A stretch of 51,539 nt of DNA from Candidatus Brocadiia bacterium (GTDB lineage Bacteria; Planctomycetota; Brocadiia; SM23-32): the NCBI GenBank assembly GCA_046538485.1, contig JBKHIT010000033.1, positions 1-51,539 of the forward strand. The letters are read 5' to 3'. Positions 49,323-51,539 of the stretch are shown in pieces (position 1 is the first letter of the stretch; the number at the start of each line of letters is the position of its first letter). The position numbers were made by a program, and so were the translations under genes. The notes under the pieces are model-generated. The model saw only the letters and a list, made by a program, of their open reading frames with translations. It was not told the DNA's origin and did not search any database.

Positions 49323-51236
49323 ATGAAAAGATCATATAATTCAGAGACGGCTGAACTCGAGACCGGAAAGTGGCGTTTCGGTGGTTTCCTGGGAGGGCGT
49401 ATCGACACGCTCTCCGAGGCTCGCCTCTCTTCGGATTTTGCCCGCAATGAGATTCATGGCGAACTCATCGAAGCGTTCCGAAAACGTATCGACGACCGGC
49501 GCGAAGAAAATTATGGCTACTGGCAGGGCGAGTTCTGGGGGAAATGGATCCTCTCCGCCGTAGCGGCCTGCCGATACTACGATGATGAATCCCTTAAAGA
49601 CTTTATCCGTGGGTCTGTCGACGATCTCCTCGCCACGCAGGACCCGGACGGCTATATCGGAACCTACCACAACCCCGATTTTGTGCGGTCAAGAAACGGC
49701 AACCACAACTGGAACGTGTGGTGCCGGAAATACACGCTCTGGGGACTGCTCGAATGCTGGAAATTGCTCGGTGACGATTCCATTCTCGAGGCGGCGGTCC
49801 GGTTCGCTGATAACCTCCTCAGCCTGGTCGGTCCCGGCAAAATCGATATTATCAGAACTGGCAAAATGTACGGGATGCCGAGCACCTCCATTCTCACCCC
49901 CATCGTCATGCTGCACGAAGCGACCGGGGAAGAGCGGTATCTCAAATACGCCGCCTACATGGTCGACCGGTGGTCGGAGCATCCCGACGGCCCCCCGGAT
50001 ATCCTCAACAAAGGGCTCACAGGAGCCCCGGTTCATACCTGGTTCCCCGACGCGCAGGATTGGGCCAAAAGCTACGAATTCATCTCCTGCACCGAAGGTT
50101 TGCTCCATCTCTACCGCATTACCGGTGAAAGCAATTACCTGAAAGCCGCTCAAAACATCCACCGGAACCTGCGGCGCTGGGAACGATCGGCCGTCGGAAG
50201 CGTCAGTTTCAACGACAAAATTGTCGGATCCCGGCGGTTGATCAACATCGTTGCCGAAATCTGCGACGCCGTCTACTGGAACCGCCTCTCCTTCGAACTG
50301 CTGAGTCTGACGGGCGAATCAGTTTACGCGGATGAAATTGAGAGAACGCTTTACAATGCTTTGCTCTGCGGGATGAAACCCGACGGCACCTGGGGGTTGC
50401 GCCGGCTGCGTTTCTCCCACGAACACGTGCCGTCTCCCCATCACTGCGGCCTGCAACATCATCACTGCTGTCTGGACAATCTTCCGCGGGGTTTTTTCCA
50501 GGCGTCACAGGTGGCGCTGATGGGCGATGAAGATGGTTTCCGCTGCTTGCTTTATAACCCCGGTAAAGGCACCATCGAACTGCCGTCCGGGCAGAACGTC
50601 GAAATCCGCATTGATGGGAATTATCCAGAAACGGGCGACGCGAACCTGAGTCTGAACCTGGTGGAACCGGAAGAATTTGCGCTCAAGCTCCGGATCCCGC
50701 AGTGGGCTGAAGAAATAGAGTTATCTGTCAATAGCGATCCCATTGAAGCGCCACGATCGCGCGGCTGGCTTGTTGTCGAACGGACGTGGGAAAACGGTGA
50801 TACCGTTGAAATACACCTCGACATGATACTGCGTTGCGAATATTTCGATCCTTCGCATCTCGATCCGGACGATCCGCTTGTCGGCTGGTCCGCGCAGCAA
50901 TGGGCCCGAATCCGGGACACCCGACCGGAGGCCCCGGAGCACACGTTGACTGTGGAAGATGCGTTGCCTCATCGGAAGGCCGTTGCTTTTTTAAGAGGTC
51001 CGGTAGTGCTCGCCCGCGATCGTCGGCTTGGGGAGCAAACCCTTTTCGCCCCCATGCCGGAGGACTTTGATCCTGGCGGCGGCCTTTCCGCACAACCGGC
51101 AGAACCGCCAGCAGAAATATGGCAGACCTTCGAAATCAAAGGACGAGGAACGGGTTTTTCGGTCTGCGATTTTGCCTCGGCGGGGAACACCTGGGATCCC
51201 ACCTCGCGTTTTAATGCGTGGTGGCTGCCTGGATGA
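49323..51236 (+). CDS. Glycoside hydrolase family 127 (beta-L-arabinofuranosidase-like)
   Basis: WQGEFWGKW, ATQDPDGYIG, EICDAV.W, YADEIERTLYNALL, HCCLDN, LRIPQW, LRGPVVLA. Confidence 0.88.
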   Translation: MKRSYNSETAELETGKWRFGGFLGGRIDTLSEARLSSDFARNEIHGELIEAFRKRIDDRREENYGYWQGEFWGKWILSAVAACRYYDDESLKDFIRGSVDDLLATQDPDGYIGTYHNPDFVRSRNGNHNWNVWCRKYTLWGLLECWKLLGDDSILEAAVRFADNLLSLVGPGKIDIIRTGKMYGMPSTSILTPIVMLHEATGEERYLKYAAYMVDRWSEHPDGPPDILNKGLTGAPVHTWFPDAQDWAKSYEFISCTEGLLHLYRITGESNYLKAAQNIHRNLRRWERSAVGSVSFNDKIVGSRRLINIVAEICDAVYWNRLSFELLSLTGESVYADEIERTLYNALLCGMKPDGTWGLRRLRFSHEHVPSPHHCGLQHHHCCLDNLPRGFFQASQVALMGDEDGFRCLLYNPGKGTIELPSGQNVEIRIDGNYPETGDANLSLNLVEPEEFALKLRIPQWAEEIELSVNSDPIEAPRSRGWLVVERTWENGDTVEIHLDMILRCEYFDPSHLDPDDPLVGWSAQQWARIRDTRPEAPEHTLTVEDALPHRKAVAFLRGPVVLARDRRLGEQTLFAPMPEDFDPGGGLSAQPAEPPAEIWQTFEIKGRGTGFSVCDFASAGNTWDPTSRFNAWWLPG

Positions 51237-51539
51237 GGGAGCGGATTCGTACCGTCTGTCGATCTCGCATTGCCAAAGATCTGCGCCTGTTGGAGTGCGC
51301 GTCGGTGTAGCTTTCAATTGGTCTCGCCATTCCCATCCCTGCGAGACGAAGGAAGATACAGTTCAGCAAGGTTTTGTCCCGTTCGCTTTGTGACAATAGG
51401 CGGCTCCTATTCATGTTTGCGGACAACCGGAAGACCTGAAATGAGCGAAAGGCGGTCACGAGCCCGCGAAGCGGGCGACTCAGGCGTAGTTAATATGAAG
51501 GCCGTTCCTGCTGTAAGATTTATAGTGGAAGTAACTTTA

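Overview
Bacterial chromosomal segment, probably from a Planctomycetota/PVC-type organism. This is inferred from a prepilin-type/H-X9-DG protein, giant secreted FlgD/NHL proteins, a sulfatase and a GH127. It holds about 35 genes and no rRNA, tRNA or CRISPR that I can recognise. Left to right: a repeat-rich edge; a Phd/VapC toxin-antitoxin pair; a tightly packed minus-strand operon (cpgS, pgk2, CBS protein, two-domain metallophosphoesterase, moaA, mobB, FAD oxidoreductase); parB with two parS sites and no adjacent parA; a GntR/LacI regulator, prepilin-type protein and two paralogous ~1400 aa secreted proteins; housekeeping blocks (pta-ackA-GlmU-like-ACP-nagB; lpdA-lipB-lipA-free lipoyl domain-holB-rsgA; prs-argS-HAD-PTP); sulfatase and glycoside hydrolase genes; and a dense cluster of palindromic repeats at 47.6-49.2 kb. 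The top finding is a complete archaeal-type cyclic 2,3-diphosphoglycerate (cDPG) synthesis operon in a bacterium, co-transcribed with a candidate cDPG hydrolase and a CBS protein. Second is a set of structured non-coding repeats whose stems are conserved or co-vary. All protein calls come from motif recognition by eye, not database searches.
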